Shown: positions 16,656 through 45,440, counted from the first letter of the stretch. The stretch is 64,000 bases of DNA from a bacterium (GCA_965213685.1 CBDBZY010000064.1:544001-608000), one strand, 5' to 3'. A program made the numbers and translations. The notes: a model not told the origin generated them from the sequence alone.

Positions 16656-17981
16656 ATACATGTACATGTATGTATGTGTACATTGCTGGCTGTGACAGAA
16701 GAATCAATGGTCATTATGTGCAGGTGCATGTCTATCTCCCTGCAGCAGCCCACACTGGGAGAGGGAATCACAGGCCCTAGTTTGTCAACACTTCATATGC
16801 TGCTTGGACTAGAGGCTACAAATGGGATATGATCTCCCATAGACTTCCTTCTGCTTCACTTGCATCAGAAGCAATGCATGTACACATGTTTGTGTGCTGC
16901 TGTGCCTCCAAGACATAGCTCTGAGGCATAGCTCTGAGGTGAGGTGGCCCCTGCCTGTGTGCCTGTCTCTCTTCCTGTGGGCCAGGTGTGCACACACCAC
17001 ACCACTAGGCCAGCCCTGGCTTCCTCCCCTGAGCTGGCTGGGCATGTGCTGGGCATGAGGTGGTGAGTGGGTGCAGAGTGAGGGGAGGGGAGAGGAGAAC
17101 AAAGGCCATTGCAGACCTACTTCAAAGGGTTGCATCTGGGAATCAGGAAAGCTGCCCATGCACAACCCTCCATGCTGTAGGAGACTGTCCACTATTACAT
17201 AACACTGACACTAGTGCCAGATGACTGCAGTGGCATAGGAATCATGGGAGGGTGCCCCCTATTGTATAGCTAATATCGTTTTTGTTCACTGTACAATTGT
17301 TCTCTGTACAAACTAGTTTTGCTAGTTAGTCTAGTACTCTGCTAGTGCACTGTACACTATGCAGTGTGCACCAGTGCCACCCTCGATCCGAGATCACATG
17401 TTGAAGATGTGTGTGTACTCTTGTGATGAATTGTCAGTTCTAATGAAAGTGGTGCTCCCTATAGAAAAGTACATGTATCTTCCTATGCCACGGAACTGCA
17501 CTTTATATTATTAGCTGCACAGTAAGCTACTGTACGTGTACATGTATGTGTGTGCATACTGCAGTACCCCATCCACCATGATCCATGCACACTTTGTTGT
17601 GCCACATTCTCCTGTGCCAACTCCTCCCCCGCCCCCCACTTCACGCCCGGGTGAACAGACGTTGGTGTGGGTGGTATGTAGCACCCACGCCACTCCATCC
17701 CCCCTGCCATACTGGTCAGCCTGGAATGTGCACATGTCAGGTGCCCCATGGCCGACCACATGCCGCCTGGCCAATGGCCCGGGCCACGTCTCATCACATA
17801 ATGGCTCCTCCTGCCATATTAGCAGTGGGCCATCGCTGGTTCCCACGAGGTGCTGTGCAGTGGGTGCAGTGAGCTACGCCTCATTCACTCCTGGCTGCCA
17901 TTACTGGTCCTCTCCCTCCCACTCTGCCTCTCTGCCTGTGTCGCCTCTGTCTATCTGTTGAGGACACAAGGAGAGATTTTG

Positions 17982-18135
17982 AGGCTCAGTTGATAGAGCG
18001 TCTGCCTCTTACGCAGAATGTTGCGGGTTTGAATCCCACCTGAAGCAGCTCATTTTTTTCTCTTGAGAAAAAAGGAGTTGTCTTCAGGTGTAGTTGCTTT
18101 GCTTTGCTTCGTCTCATTGACTGAGTTTACATGTA
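17982..18135 (+). mobile_element. tRNA-derived SINE, family A
   Basis: GGCTCAGTTGATAGAGC (A box) and GGTTTGAATCC (B box), with a body shared with copies at 19795, 29108 and 32662. Confidence 0.8.
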
Positions 18136-18164
18136 CATGATGAAATGGCTCAGGAATATTTTTA

Positions 18165-18280
18165 GAGAACTGTGAAAAACTGGCAGCCACCCGGGATTGA
18201 ACTGGGGGCCTCTGACTTAAGCTGTCAGTGCTCTACCACCTGAGCTATGGCCACCAGGTGACAGCCAGCCCTTACAATTC
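18165..18280 (-). mobile_element. tRNA-derived SINE, family B
   Basis: The minus strand reads TAGCTCAGGTGGTAGAGC..CTGAC/GTCAG stem..AGTTCAATCC. It lies tail-to-tail with the family A copy. Confidence 0.65.
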
Positions 18281-18639
18281 TCAATGTACATGTACATGTA
18301 CATGTATGCAAATCTATGGCATACATACATGTACATGATTTACTAAGCCACTGAGGCTGAGAGACTATATTTCTAAGCTGGTGAAGCTGTTGTTTGTGTG
18401 TACAATATGCTGCCTGTGTGTGTAATATGTTTGTTTGTTTCTTTCTTTCTCATCTTTCCTTTCTTCTTCTTTCTATAAGTGATTTTTCATCATGTGTGTG
18501 TACGGCACATACATGTACATGTATATGTGCATGCATGTTGTGTGTGTGAGGGGGGGAGAGCAGGAGGTAATGGGCAGTGTGTCAACAGCAGGAGTGCTCG
18601 CCAGGAGTACCACTCTTCTTCTTTTTCCTTTTCCCTCAG

Positions 18640-33747
<15,108 letters not shown>

Positions 33748-34270
33748 GGAGACCATTGATTGGTGAGTCAATGTATGTATATAGATGAAGCCAAAAGAAA
33801 GAGACTTGCTATGTTATGTAGATCATATGTACATCTATGGGTGTCTGAGTAGTGTACATTTATATTGGGAACACTGGACTCAATCACTCCTTATCCGCTT
33901 TCCAGCTATGTGATGGAACTTACGAGTTTGTACATGTATATTAGGAGCTGAATAATCCATAGGCTCACTAGATATGTCTACTTCCCCCCCCCCCCCCCCC
34001 CCCCCCCTCCACACACACACACACAAATACAGGCACCAACCAACCACAGCTACTAATTTCAGAGTGATTGTGTGTTCCTTCATCTCCTCAGTTCTTACAT
34101 GTTCCACTTGTACAGTCACTGAATATTCGCAGTGTTATATCATACCTTCGTTCTGGGAGGGCCTATTTATTATTCTCATCACACCTCCTACCTAAGACAC
34201 TTCACTATCATTTCAGCTACATGTACATGTATGTATGTGTGATTTTGTGTGTATGATGTATCACTCTTCA

Positions 34271-34439
<169 letters not shown>

Positions 34440-37269
34440 CAATTGATCCAAGTTTAGGGGTCTGCGTGTACAGCATCTGTGCTTATTCTAATTATGCGTG
34501 AGTAACAGTTCAACTTTTTGTAACTATTGTGCTGAACTTCAACATAGCTGGTACATATTATGTATTCTAGTAACACTTTTTAAAACAATCATAATGTACA
34601 TGGTGGACAATGCATTTTTCTTTACACTGCTGTACATAACTTACAGTTCAACTATTCCCTCTGTACGTGGCTAATGAAATGTTGGAGTGATTCAAAAGAG
34701 AAATAAAATTCAATGATGAGTTGTCAAAAATGTAGTGAGAAAAGAAGGAAAACTTCATCTTCTGCGCTCAATGTACTGCACCACGTCTTCCCATGCCAGA
34801 TTGTCTCTGCTCCTTGAGATGTTCTTCTCATGACTTGCTCTAATGCAGTCTGCAGGACAGAGTACCTCCAGCACTGTACACACATTTATAATTATGCTCT
34901 ATAACCTTCTGTGGATGCCTGATGAAATCCTCACTGTGGATATATCAATATCATATGTGCAAACTCTAGACACTTTCACCACTGTTTTAGCATACCAGAT
35001 CGATACAATAACTATTGATACTTCAATTCCACAAACATTCATTCCACTGTGCACTCTGTCTGACGGCCTTCATGTCATCTTCATGGGCAAACCGAGAGCA
35101 CTAGTTGCTCTCATGTATATGCAACATAAAACAATTGGCACTTCAACAACATGTTAACAACTGCTTTGGACCTGCTGAAATGTGATGTACCAGAATTAAT
35201 GCTGCAGAGAGATATTCTCTACTCTTGTCACTGATGACATTCAGCTGACGGAATGCTCCCTGCCAAGGTGTTGAGGTGTGAACTTACCTTTGTCTTCCTC
35301 ACTCCTCCACCCACTCATCTGGATGGCATTGTTGTAGCTATTACTGTAGATCTTGCTGAAGAGCACACTTCTGTCCTGCAGTGAGCTGGGTCTGTCCAGC
35401 AGAGTGCACTCCTCCAGAATCCTGTACTTGTGGTTACAGGGTTTGGGTGTGCACATCCATCATGCTGCCAACGTTAACGATGCTGTGACCACTTCCGGGG
35501 TAGCCAATGAAAAGGATTAAATTTTCTATGCTATCCATTTCAGATTTCTGGGAGATCTTGAAGTCGAAGGAGAACTCTAACTGTGACAAACCAAGCCTTT
35601 ACAATCACAACTAGATTTCACTCAGGCAAGCAGCAGAAGAGAGTTGGATCGTGCTCTGCCTAGATATTTGTAAAATTCCATAGCACAATGTTTCTGCCCA
35701 CGGCCTTCCTCAGGTGTACAATGGACAGACTGAGACTACTTAGCAATTTGTACAACAGTGCATACCAACAAAAGTGCACAGCAGGTACATGTATGCAGAT
35801 GACGTGCACGGTGACAAAGCTTATCAGTGAATGAATGGGTATATATGATCATCTATAAGGATTCAATCAATTTAATTTCAATGCTTAGGTTCATTCCCTT
35901 TTGTGTCCAGGGTGGAGACCCATCTGCTCTCCCTGATCTTTTGCATAATTCCTTGGAGGACGTTCCTGACATCTGTTCAGTGCCAGCTGCTGTGATCAAA
36001 CATGCAACTGCATATTTGTGGGTTAAAATGACCGTGAACTTCTTGCAGTTTGATTGACATGTAAAGAAGTATAGACACATGAGTTTAGGAGTGTGGCCCG
36101 TGGGCGCACGATTGGAAACGAATCACATGCTCGTATACCTTCCGCGGACTAGTCACGTGCACAAGTGTTGGAAAAAGGAGAAATCGAAATTGAGGTCGGA
36201 AGAAGTAGTGACACCCAAATCCTTACACTGGTCATTGACTACAATTTTAAATTCGTTCAGATGATAATTGTAATTGCCTTCTTTTTCTCAGGAGAAGCAT
36301 GATACTGGGCCCTGGCAGCAGCCTTTTTTTATTACAATGTTCTTGCTAGTGAACCCTAGCCTTATTTCTCAAGCGTTGTGCATTCTGAACATAGTACTCC
36401 TTATTGTACTCCCTTCTACTTGCACACGCTTGGTTCTCTATTGACAATTTACTTTGTTCATAGTACTTTTTGTTGTAAGCTTTCCTCTTTCGTTACAAAG
36501 AAGGCATTTCTGACACTATTTCGGAACCTCTTGTATACTTATGTAGGCTCTTGCTGATACTGTAACTTATCTTTCAGTTGATCCACAAGTAGAAGCGTGC
36601 AACCACAAGTATGATTCCAGAAGTGTGTGGTAGTAGGCGCACAGCAGGATACTACTCGGCCGTATTGCTATATTTAAAGAAAACAAGTGACATTGCAGTG
36701 AGCACAGCCTAACACCAAAATCAGATGCTGCACCTTACCTCAAGTTAACGAAGGTCAGCACACACAAGGTAACAGGACGCGAGGACACTTCGCTGGTATT
36801 GCTGTATGTAATGAAATCAGTAAAAGCGTAGTCCGTCCCCCAGCCGTAGCCTATTACGTTGCTGGGAAACCTTGCATCTCCTTACCTCCAGTAACTCTTA
36901 GCGAGGAGAGTGAAGACAATTGAGAATGCTCCAGCACAATTACAACACAACAGCGGTTGAACCAGCTAAGTCGCCTCTTCGATATGAAACTTCTTAAACG
37001 CCCAGTCCCACTGAAGGCGAGCTCGGGATGCTGAAGAGCCGACACAATATGCAAAGACACAGTGGCTGACAACAGGACGGCGGATGCCTAAGTGATGCGT
37101 CAGTGAGAGACAGAGAGAGACAGAGAGAGAGAGAGGGGGGGGAAGCTAGCAGAACTATCGTCAGATCCACACGCAAACGAACACGATCCGAAAACTGCAG
37201 TGTGGTCACTATACTTTGCATCTTATACATTCCATGTACATGCGGGCGCACGCACCGACTCATACGTAC

Positions 37270-37730
37270 GTACGGCCGGCCGCGGCGTTCAGGCACGTGA
37301 CATAATTGGAAAAATGGCTTCTAACTGTGGGGAAGTGTCTGGGGCTTCTAGTGTTTTCTGCGGACCAATTTCAGGAAAGATACAAGCGTTCTGTTAGTAA
37401 AAGGCACTTCGCATACAGGAGTGAAAGAGACTCGTGCGAAAACCACGACGATATCTTCAGCCAGTTCTGACGTAGGCCGTTTGAAAAAATCCCTTAAGAA
37501 GAAAATGATGGAGAAATCGACGATTCGACCGTTCTTTGTCAGTAAGTCCAGAGATGTGTTTTAGCTACTTTGGGGGTATCGTTGGGTAGAAAAACGCTGG
37601 ACTAAGATAGCTAGGGCCCCTGAAAGGTATAGAACGCGAGCGTTCGAGAGTTTAGAAGGGTTTTGTATGTACACGCACTATGGGCGTGTCGGCGCCATCC
37701 CTACATAGAGAGTCTACCGACTCTCTGATA
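37270..37730. mobile_element. Terminal segment of a DNA transposon related to 49134-49977
   Basis: Ends in the same GCCATCCCTACATAGAGAGTCTACCGACTCTCTGATA and is colinear over ~450 bp with 49530-49977. The left boundary is not defined. Confidence 0.7.
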
Positions 37731-37939
37731 AGGCCGCAGTATCAGAGTCAGAGGCAGCTCACGTGATAGCCAATTCCGAGAGTGGAGACTGCAAATTAGC
37801 CAATATAATGAACCGGTGCGCGGGCGGCGACGAGAAACTGACAATCTAGTTTGTGTGGCCTAGGAGAGTGAAAATAGCCATACATTAACAGTTACACTGT
37901 ATCGTTGGCATTTAATCAAGTCGGTTAATAAGGACGAAT

Positions 37940-39451
37940 ATGTGTAGCCACTATAGAATGTCTCCCAACAAGAAGAAGGTTCTCATCGGCTATACAGTCT
38001 GCCTGACGCTTGTTGTGCTCACTTTGTTGAGCGTAAAGCAAGAAATCCAGTCTCCTATCGCCAACAACAGTGTCACGGCTGTGTACACCAGGGAGAGGAC
38101 AAGCTCGCTAACTCAACACTAACGGCGAAGGAAAGAAATGGACACCACACGGGGAGAGAGACGGTCAAAGTCCCACAAACAGCGGAACAGCGTGGCTACT
38201 TGGTGGTTTTGAATTTTCCAGAACAGTTAACTGCAGCCACAGACGACCTAATCCAGTTGTACACGTTTAATCAAAAGTACTTGAAGTTGAGAATGATAGA
38301 GCCCTATGTACTAGGATCTCACCTGAAAACTGTACCTCCAGTATCTGAAGATTTCAGGTCTCTTCCACTGATTAGTACCTTCTTGAATAGGACTGCCATG
38401 CTTACTATTCTGAAGAGGTGTTTTCATTCAGACCATGTGGACTGGCATCCTTTCCCTGATTTCCTGATCAACGCTGCCAGACAGTTCGTTGTTGTGACAT
38501 TTGTTACAGCAAAAGCAACAATGTAAATGGGAATATTTCTACCTGTAGTTCCAATATGGAACATATTGAATATGTTTTCAATTATCACTTGAAGAAGGTG
38601 AGCAATAGAGCACTTTCCAAGCATGGAGTGAACTACACTTTCAGAGGTGTACATTCACTGTGTGTGAAAGCAAAACCTGGGGAACCTTTCTCCATGAAAG
38701 ATGTGGTACGGTTCATTAGAACATGGATGACCAACACTTCCCATGGAACTAAAGAACCTTTCTCTCCCCAATTTTCTGTTGTCATTCCAGAGTGGAGAGC
38801 TGTAGGGAACACAGAGAATCCCTTCTACTACTATGATCCTAGTTACGCAGGCAGGAATATGACAGGTTCGTGTCAATTACGGTCTCTAGCACACACCTCA
38901 TATGTTACCGAAGTTGCCAAAAGTATGTTCCAACGTTTTTCACTCTCTCGACCATTCATTGCTGTACATGTATGTTCTGAAAGAATCTCAGAACAAGAAC
39001 TGAAGCAGCACAGAACAGATTTTATCAATAGCTGTATCAGTAATTTTCAAAGATTCTTCAGGTTGTAATGAAAGTGCACAATATATCGCTGGAAAATGTT
39101 GTATTTGTTCATGATGGAAGTCAGCATGGTAGTGATTCAATGGGAAGTCAAAAAAGTCAAAAAAGGAGTGCATCCAATTACATTATATCAAGAATAAAGG
39201 CAATTGGGATTAAAAATGTACAATACAAATCACAAAATAGCCCTATTAACGTCAATTCAAGTGCTACAGAATCTGCACTTGTTCAGTTTGTTGAGAAGGA
39301 GTTTCTAGTGTCAGCTGATGTTCTTATTGCACTGGGCTATGGTGGGTTCCAGAACAGTCTCATCAGAAGATTCAAGGCAAAGAGCAGTGGTGGAAACAAT
39401 TGGTACAAACTCTGTTCTAATTTTGCAAAAAAAATGATCGTCTTCCAGTAA
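37940..39451 (+). pseudogene. Intronless O-fucosyltransferase-family (GT-B) type II membrane protein, frameshifted
   Basis: N-terminal TM anchor (KKKVLIGYTVCLTLVVLTLLSV), EQLT motif, PFIAVHVCSERI (HxR with Arg replaced by Cys) and VEKEFLVSADVLIALGYGGFQ. Four ORF pieces are offset by three frameshifts. There are two upstream CCAAT boxes (~37770, ~37800) and AATAAA at 39465. Confidence 0.75.
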
Positions 39452-40040
39452 ACATTTCTTTCTAAATAAATGCTGAACACCAAAGAGTGTAGCAATATAA
39501 ATGTAATATGGCACTGCAAAATTTCATGGTTACTTTAACCATTTGATATGGTTACCTAAGTGCACATTTGCTCTCTGAACATGTGGCACTGAAGTGATAT
39601 AAACAATGTTCAAAATATGTGTAGTTCAAGAAATGTGGAGGATTGTAGGATAGAGTAAATTTAATCACTTTGTCCATTGAGCCTGGCCTAGCAGCGACGT
39701 CCCTATGGGCTGTTTACCTGTCACCATAGCAAACAACTCTGGTTATGCTATGGGGACACCCTACAAATTGCACACATGCTATCAGTTTCAAGGGTATAGG
39801 TGAAATACATGTAGGAACCCAATGTGGGAGTGACATGGTGTCATTTGGTTGTGGCATATGTATACAATACTCAATGACAGTGGAAGCTGTCCGGAGTGCT
39901 ATGAAATGTGAAGACCCCCCTCATCACCATTACCTTACGTTAGTGTTAGAAGTGATTACTGCAATTGCTGGGAGTGCATATGAGTGTTAGTGATGGTGAT
40001 GGATACTGTCTGGAATTGCTATGATCTTCCAAAGTGATGA

Positions 40041-40121
<81 letters not shown>

Positions 40122-40772
40122 GGGGAGAAATCCTTCATTGAGTTGATACATGTGACATATACAATGCAATGAGAGGAGGGTGACCAGTCATGTCATAGCT
40201 TAAAAGCTGCACATAAATAAACTGGACCCTTTCGCAAGTGTATACAATATAGGGAAAACACAAAGTACATGAAAGCAACTCTAAGCAAAGTACAATGAAT
40301 ACCGTATGTACCCAGTGTGAGACAGTTACGCAATGTAAAACATATAACTAACAAATAGACGATCACGAATGCATGCTGTATAAAATATTTTAAGTGGGAA
40401 AGAATGACTGATTCGTTGTACACCATACTTTTGAAAGAAGCAGCAACTGTCACTGGAGATTTGGATCAGCATTGATTGAAAGGTTGATGTGTAAAAGCAA
40501 TTGGCATAAAATTTCACCTTAGTGCAACCATCATATACACAGCGCACACAGCTAGACTTTAACAGGGGTATTTTGTGCGAAAGTAATTGGCATAAAGGTT
40601 TGCCTTGAGTAACACAAAGGCAGGTTTGGCATAAAATTTTTCCTTTATGTAAAAAGGCAACATTGGCATAAAATCTTCCCTTTGTACACAACAACAAAAA
40701 TTCCTATTTTAGACTGTGCTACTTTTGAACTGACCAATCACAATGCGTATCGCGTGGAAAATAAATCACTTA

Positions 40773-43674
40773 CACAGCCAAAAAAAATTGACATCGATTC
40801 GATGACGTAAACCCGTACAGTTCGAATCGAGGACGGAATGGGGCCCGTATCGAGCACGAAAGGCGCAATGACCTCGTACCGATGCCGTGGCTCAATGTCG
40901 ATTCGTGTCGAGGAAAAGGCATGGCTGAAGAGCGTTACATGTCGAATCGTGGTGCCTTCGTACGTGAACGAATCGATATCTAAGTAGTGTTCGATGTCGA
41001 ATCGAGAAGTCCGGTTGCTTAGCGACATTCAGCCCTGGTGACGGACGGAGATACCTGAAAGCAGCTGTACACAGCCAAAAAAATTTGACATCGATTCGAT
41101 GACGTAAACCCGTACAGTTCGAATCGAGGACGGAATGGGGCCCGTATCGAGCACGAAAGGCGCAATGACCTCGTACCGATGCCGTGGCTCGATGTCGATT
41201 CGTGTCGAGGAAGAGGCATGGCTGAAGAGCGTTACATGTCGAATCGTGGTGCCTTCGTACGTGAACGAATCGATATCGAAGTAGTGTTCGATGTCGAATC
41301 GAGAAGTCCGGTTGCTTTAATAGCGACATTCAGCCCTGGTGACGGACGGAGATACCTGAAAGCAGCTGTAACCGCTGCACCGCACTGCGGCGCAAGGGAT
41401 ATAATGCTCTGTAAGAGCTGCCAGAGCTTTGCGACCTCTAGCGAAGGTAACGGAAGCAAAAGAAGACCGGAATGCCATACTGGCTCTTGCGGCAAGAAAG
41501 CAGCTGCTTGGGAAATCTCCTATATCAACATTATGTAAGATACAGTGTTTTACACTGCGTGAGTTCTGCATACGAACGCTGTTTTACTGAATCCTTGCTT
41601 GTTCTTATCGTATAAACCCGGGAGTAGTGAGAGTAGACTAAATACGTGTGCAGCTAAGTCAGGAGCAAAGAGACGTGGTGGTCTCTGAGTGGACATTTTC
41701 ATCTGAGGCAGGAGGTGTTTGAGACTATTACGTTGGTCACTTAAAATGTGAGGTAATAACAACATGCAAGCATGTATGTCACGAGATTGCTATCTTGTTA
41801 CTTTTTACCATACAGCTGCACGACTGGAGTAACTTGAATTGGAGCTGATGAATACTACAAAGAATATGTAAGCTGCTATGAATGCACAACAAAATGGCAT
41901 TGTAAACAACCTTATCCACATTCGTTACAGAACTATTGTCTATTCGCGTTCACCTGAGCCCCGGAAGTAGCTGTGGTTTACTCGCTTACGCAAGTGCGCG
42001 TCGTTATTACAACTTCCCTCATATTTGCGGGTAACGGAATGCGCGGGCATCTGGGCGTGGTCTGAGCTGTGTATACGCGCGAGACTCCGAGTAGCTCTGC
42101 CTTCTACCCTTGCACTGCCTTTGCAGGAGGCTAGTACACACGAAAATCATTCCTGATCTTCATGGCCTGCGTTTCTTGGAACTTTTCTTCTGGAAGCGAG
42201 AACGCGAGCGTGCGTGAGGGGCGCGCGCACTCCGTTAGGTCACGTGGACTAAATTCCCTGTGGTCAGTGCTATATACATACTTTCTTTATGGGACATACA
42301 GCTAACATTTGACTGGTAAAGTTTCACGTTTAGTGAAGGATATCACCAGAGCGGGAAAGTTGCGAGGATTCCAATGGTGTTAGCGTTTTTTAAATGGGAT
42401 GTAAGGTAAACAAGTTATAGCAATTTTTCGAGGGCTCAGGTGAAGTCAAATAGACAATAGTACATGTTCTTGCTGATGGAGACAGAGACAAGGACAATTC
42501 ACATTCCTTTCAATACAGCTAGAAGTGTAATACTTTCACCAACAAACCAAAGATATACCTGCTTTTCCATTCAGTTGAGCAACTGTAACCTTCAACCCTG
42601 GAAGGTAAGTTCAGCACTTCAGTTTGCCCATAGTACTAATGAATATACAAAATATTAATTGCTGCTGTTCTTCCTTTGCAGATGTGAACTGCCATTCAAC
42701 TCATTGATCCACAGTCAAAGTACTTATGGCAACTGATGTGATTCTAGTAAGATAATAATGATACCAGTTATATACCACGTTATCTGACTTTCACCAATAA
42801 ACACATACAGATGCTGCTGCCATGGTGTACAGACCACCTGCAACTTAACACTGAAAGGTAAGCTCAATATACTTCAGTTTTCCTATAGCAATTATTTATA
42901 GAGTTTGGTGCTGTTCTTCTGTTGTAGGTGTGTCATTCAAGTCACTGACCCACAATCAAAAGTGTTTACAGCAACAGACATGCTTCTAGCAAGACATTGA
43001 TCACTCACAGTTTTGCCAATATCAATGGTATGTATTCAAGTGAAGATAGTTAGCAATAATTTATAGTTCCCCATTTTCCATTACTTCACAGGTGTAGAGA
43101 AGACCTCCACCGAAGTTATTCAACCTAAATTCTTTGCTCACAACTCTTTTACGCCTTCAAAGATGTTGGACAGATGGTTTTACTCACTGAATACCCAGTT
43201 TGACTGTCCCCTATACTGTTAGCGACCAATTCAAAAGAGACTGTTCCTTCCAGATGCGCAGTGTTTGAAGGTCATGGGGGTTGGACCGATATACATTCCA
43301 ACAGAAAAGCACTACAAGGAACACTTTCACTATATTATACATCTAGCGTCCCCTTTTTCCTGTGTATGCATCCTGTATTCTTCATCTTGCAGTACAAAGT
43401 TGACTCGAGACAAGCTTCATGCGAGCGGGGGGAGGGGGCGTATAAAACATACTAACCCGTACCGAGCTGTAGAGACACGCTCTCGAATCGATGCTCGAGA
43501 ACCATCGATACTGGATGTATACGATGTCGAAGGGGACTGTAGCGGGCCTCGATACAGGCTCGGAAGCAAATCTCGATTCGAAGGACTCGTCCTACTGAAC
43601 GTTCCGATACTGTAATTCCAGTACCGTATCGCGCACGTTTACGTCCTCGAATCGGGATCACATTTTTGGCTGTG
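40773..43674. mobile_element. CACAG-terminated (EnSpm/CMC-like) non-autonomous transposon with TA target duplication
   Basis: TIR CACAGCCAAAAA ... TTTTTGGCTGTG with TA on both sides. The empty site is visible in copy B (CACT-TA-TTTCC at ~44921). Subtermini are TCGA-rich and the left 297 bp is duplicated. Confidence 0.85.
41933..42460. mobile_element. MITE copy 2 (inverted relative to 3417-3946), nested in the CACAG element
   Basis: Same TIRs and internal sequence as copy 1. Confidence 0.9.
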
Positions 43675-44276
43675 TATTTCCACCCCGCGTAAACTTATTT
43701 CCATCGCGGAAAAACTTATTTTCCAAGTGCGTGAATGTACATGATTGCCATTGGAAGTAGCCGGGGGGCGTGGTAACGACGCGTTGGAATACGCGGTATG
43801 GAAGAGAGGCGGGGCCTGGAAACGGGTGCAGCGACGGAGAGCTGGACGGTAGAGCATGGCGCAGGTAGTTTAGGCCGTACGTTGGGTCGTGACGGAGTCA
43901 ACAATATCCGCTCGTAATGCTGGCTTGCTGCCAGCATGAGCGCATCAATGTCGAGCTCTGCGTCGTCTGTTTCGTCGCAGAAGAAGGCTTTCATCTCTAC
44001 CGGCGACTGCACTAAACTTGAAATCTTGTTGCTACGGACGCTTGTTACTAAGCACACACTAAGCAATGTGTACGCACAGTCTAAACCGATTATACGGCTC
44101 GTCCAATGCGTCGTGCGCACAGTCTAAACCGGTTATACGGCTCGTCCAATGGAAATACGTGATTTAGAAACCCTCGGGCCCTGGGCTGTAGCGTCCTCGC
44201 TGCGCTCGGACGCTACAGCCCAAGGCCCTCGGGTTTCTAAATCACGTATTTCCATGGACTCGCCGTATAAGCTTAA

Positions 44277-44851
44277 GGCAGGACGACCCTAAGACATGAT
44301 TTTGCCTGATTTATGTTTTATTGTATTCTCCTAATGATGCCTGTTAGCGAAATAACGTAGTTTTGCGTGATATGTCGGTTCATGAAATTATATAATTTAC
44401 GCAATATGCATATCGCTAATTATAGAAAAAAAAATTTGCCAATAACGGCTAATGCTGCAGAGACGAAACTTCGGTGGATGATTACTAAGCATGTTGGCTA
44501 TCTAAGTTTGCTTTAAAAATCCGTGCTAAATCTTTCTTTCTAGACATATAATCGTTTTCTTCGTGCTGCAGAATTTAGAAAAACGGTAGCAAATTCTGCC
44601 GTAAAGTAGCAAGCCAAGCTTCGAGCAATCCATTGCGCATAAACTAGTTCACTCCCCTTTGGCGAGCATCCACCTCTTCACCGGTTGGCGCCACACAGCA
44701 CCGCACGTCCAACGGTAGCGGGAAATATGAATTTTTTCCCAGCGAATTTGCAACCGCGCCAAAGAATTGCTGTCGTTTTAGCGCTGGTAAATGTAGTGGG
44801 AAAGCGACGGTAGAGTAATTGACGAAGGACGCAATCATGACTCGCCCTCCC
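44277..44851. mobile_element. TTAA-flanked Kolobok-like element, copy 2
   Basis: TTAA at 44273-44276 and 44852-44855; near-identical to 5861-6434. Confidence 0.88.
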
Positions 44852-44855
44852 TTAA

Positions 44856-45440
44856 CCTATATTTAGACTGTGCTAATTTTGAACTGACCAATCACATTGC
44901 GTATCGCGTGGAAAATAAATCACTTATTTCCACCCCGCGTAAACTTATTTCCACCGCGGGAAAACTTATTTTCCAAGTGCGTGAATATACATGATTGCCA
45001 TTGGAAGTAGCCGGGGGGCGTGGTAACGACGCGTGGAATACGCGGTATGGAAGAGAGGCGGGGCCTGGAAACGGGTGCAGCGACGGAGGTAGAGCTCGGT
45101 GCGGGTAGGTTAGGCCCTACCTTGGGTGGCGACGGAGTCAACAATGTCCCTTCGTAATGCTGGCTTGCTGGCAGCATGAGCGCATCAATGTCGAGCTCTG
45201 CTTTGTCTGTTTCGTCGCAGAAGAAGGCTTTCATCTCTACCGGCGACTGCACTAAACTTGAAATCTTGTTGCTACGCACGCTTGTTACTAAGCAATGTGT
45301 ACGCACAGTCTAAACCGGTTATACGGCTCGTCCAATGGAAATACGTGATTCAGAAACCCTCGGGCCCTTAGTAGCGTCCGAGCGCAGCCCAGGGCCCTCG
45401 GGTTTTTAAATCACGTATTGCCATGGACTCGTCGTATACC
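44856..45440. mobile_element. Crypton-like non-autonomous element, copy B (uninterrupted)
   Basis: Colinear with copy A. It carries a minus-strand ORF remnant MKAFFCDETD.AELDIDALML.ASQHYE and a terminal hairpin at 45338-45420. Confidence 0.7.

Larger units (their letters stand above)
40703..44270. mobile_element. Non-autonomous element with terminal palindrome (Crypton-like), copy A, interrupted by a 2.9-kb insertion
   Basis: 40703-40772 plus 43675-44270 reconstitute the same ~600-bp unit as 44856-45440. There is a long subterminal hairpin GAAATACGTGATTTAGAAACC..GGTTTCTAAATCACGTATTTC and no TIRs. The superfamily is inferred. Confidence 0.7.

Noticed and set aside
17536-17961. Additional 5' coding exon of the adaptor gene
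   Set aside because: Pro-rich ORF, but I found no convincing phase-0 donor linking it to 18640. Left uncalled.
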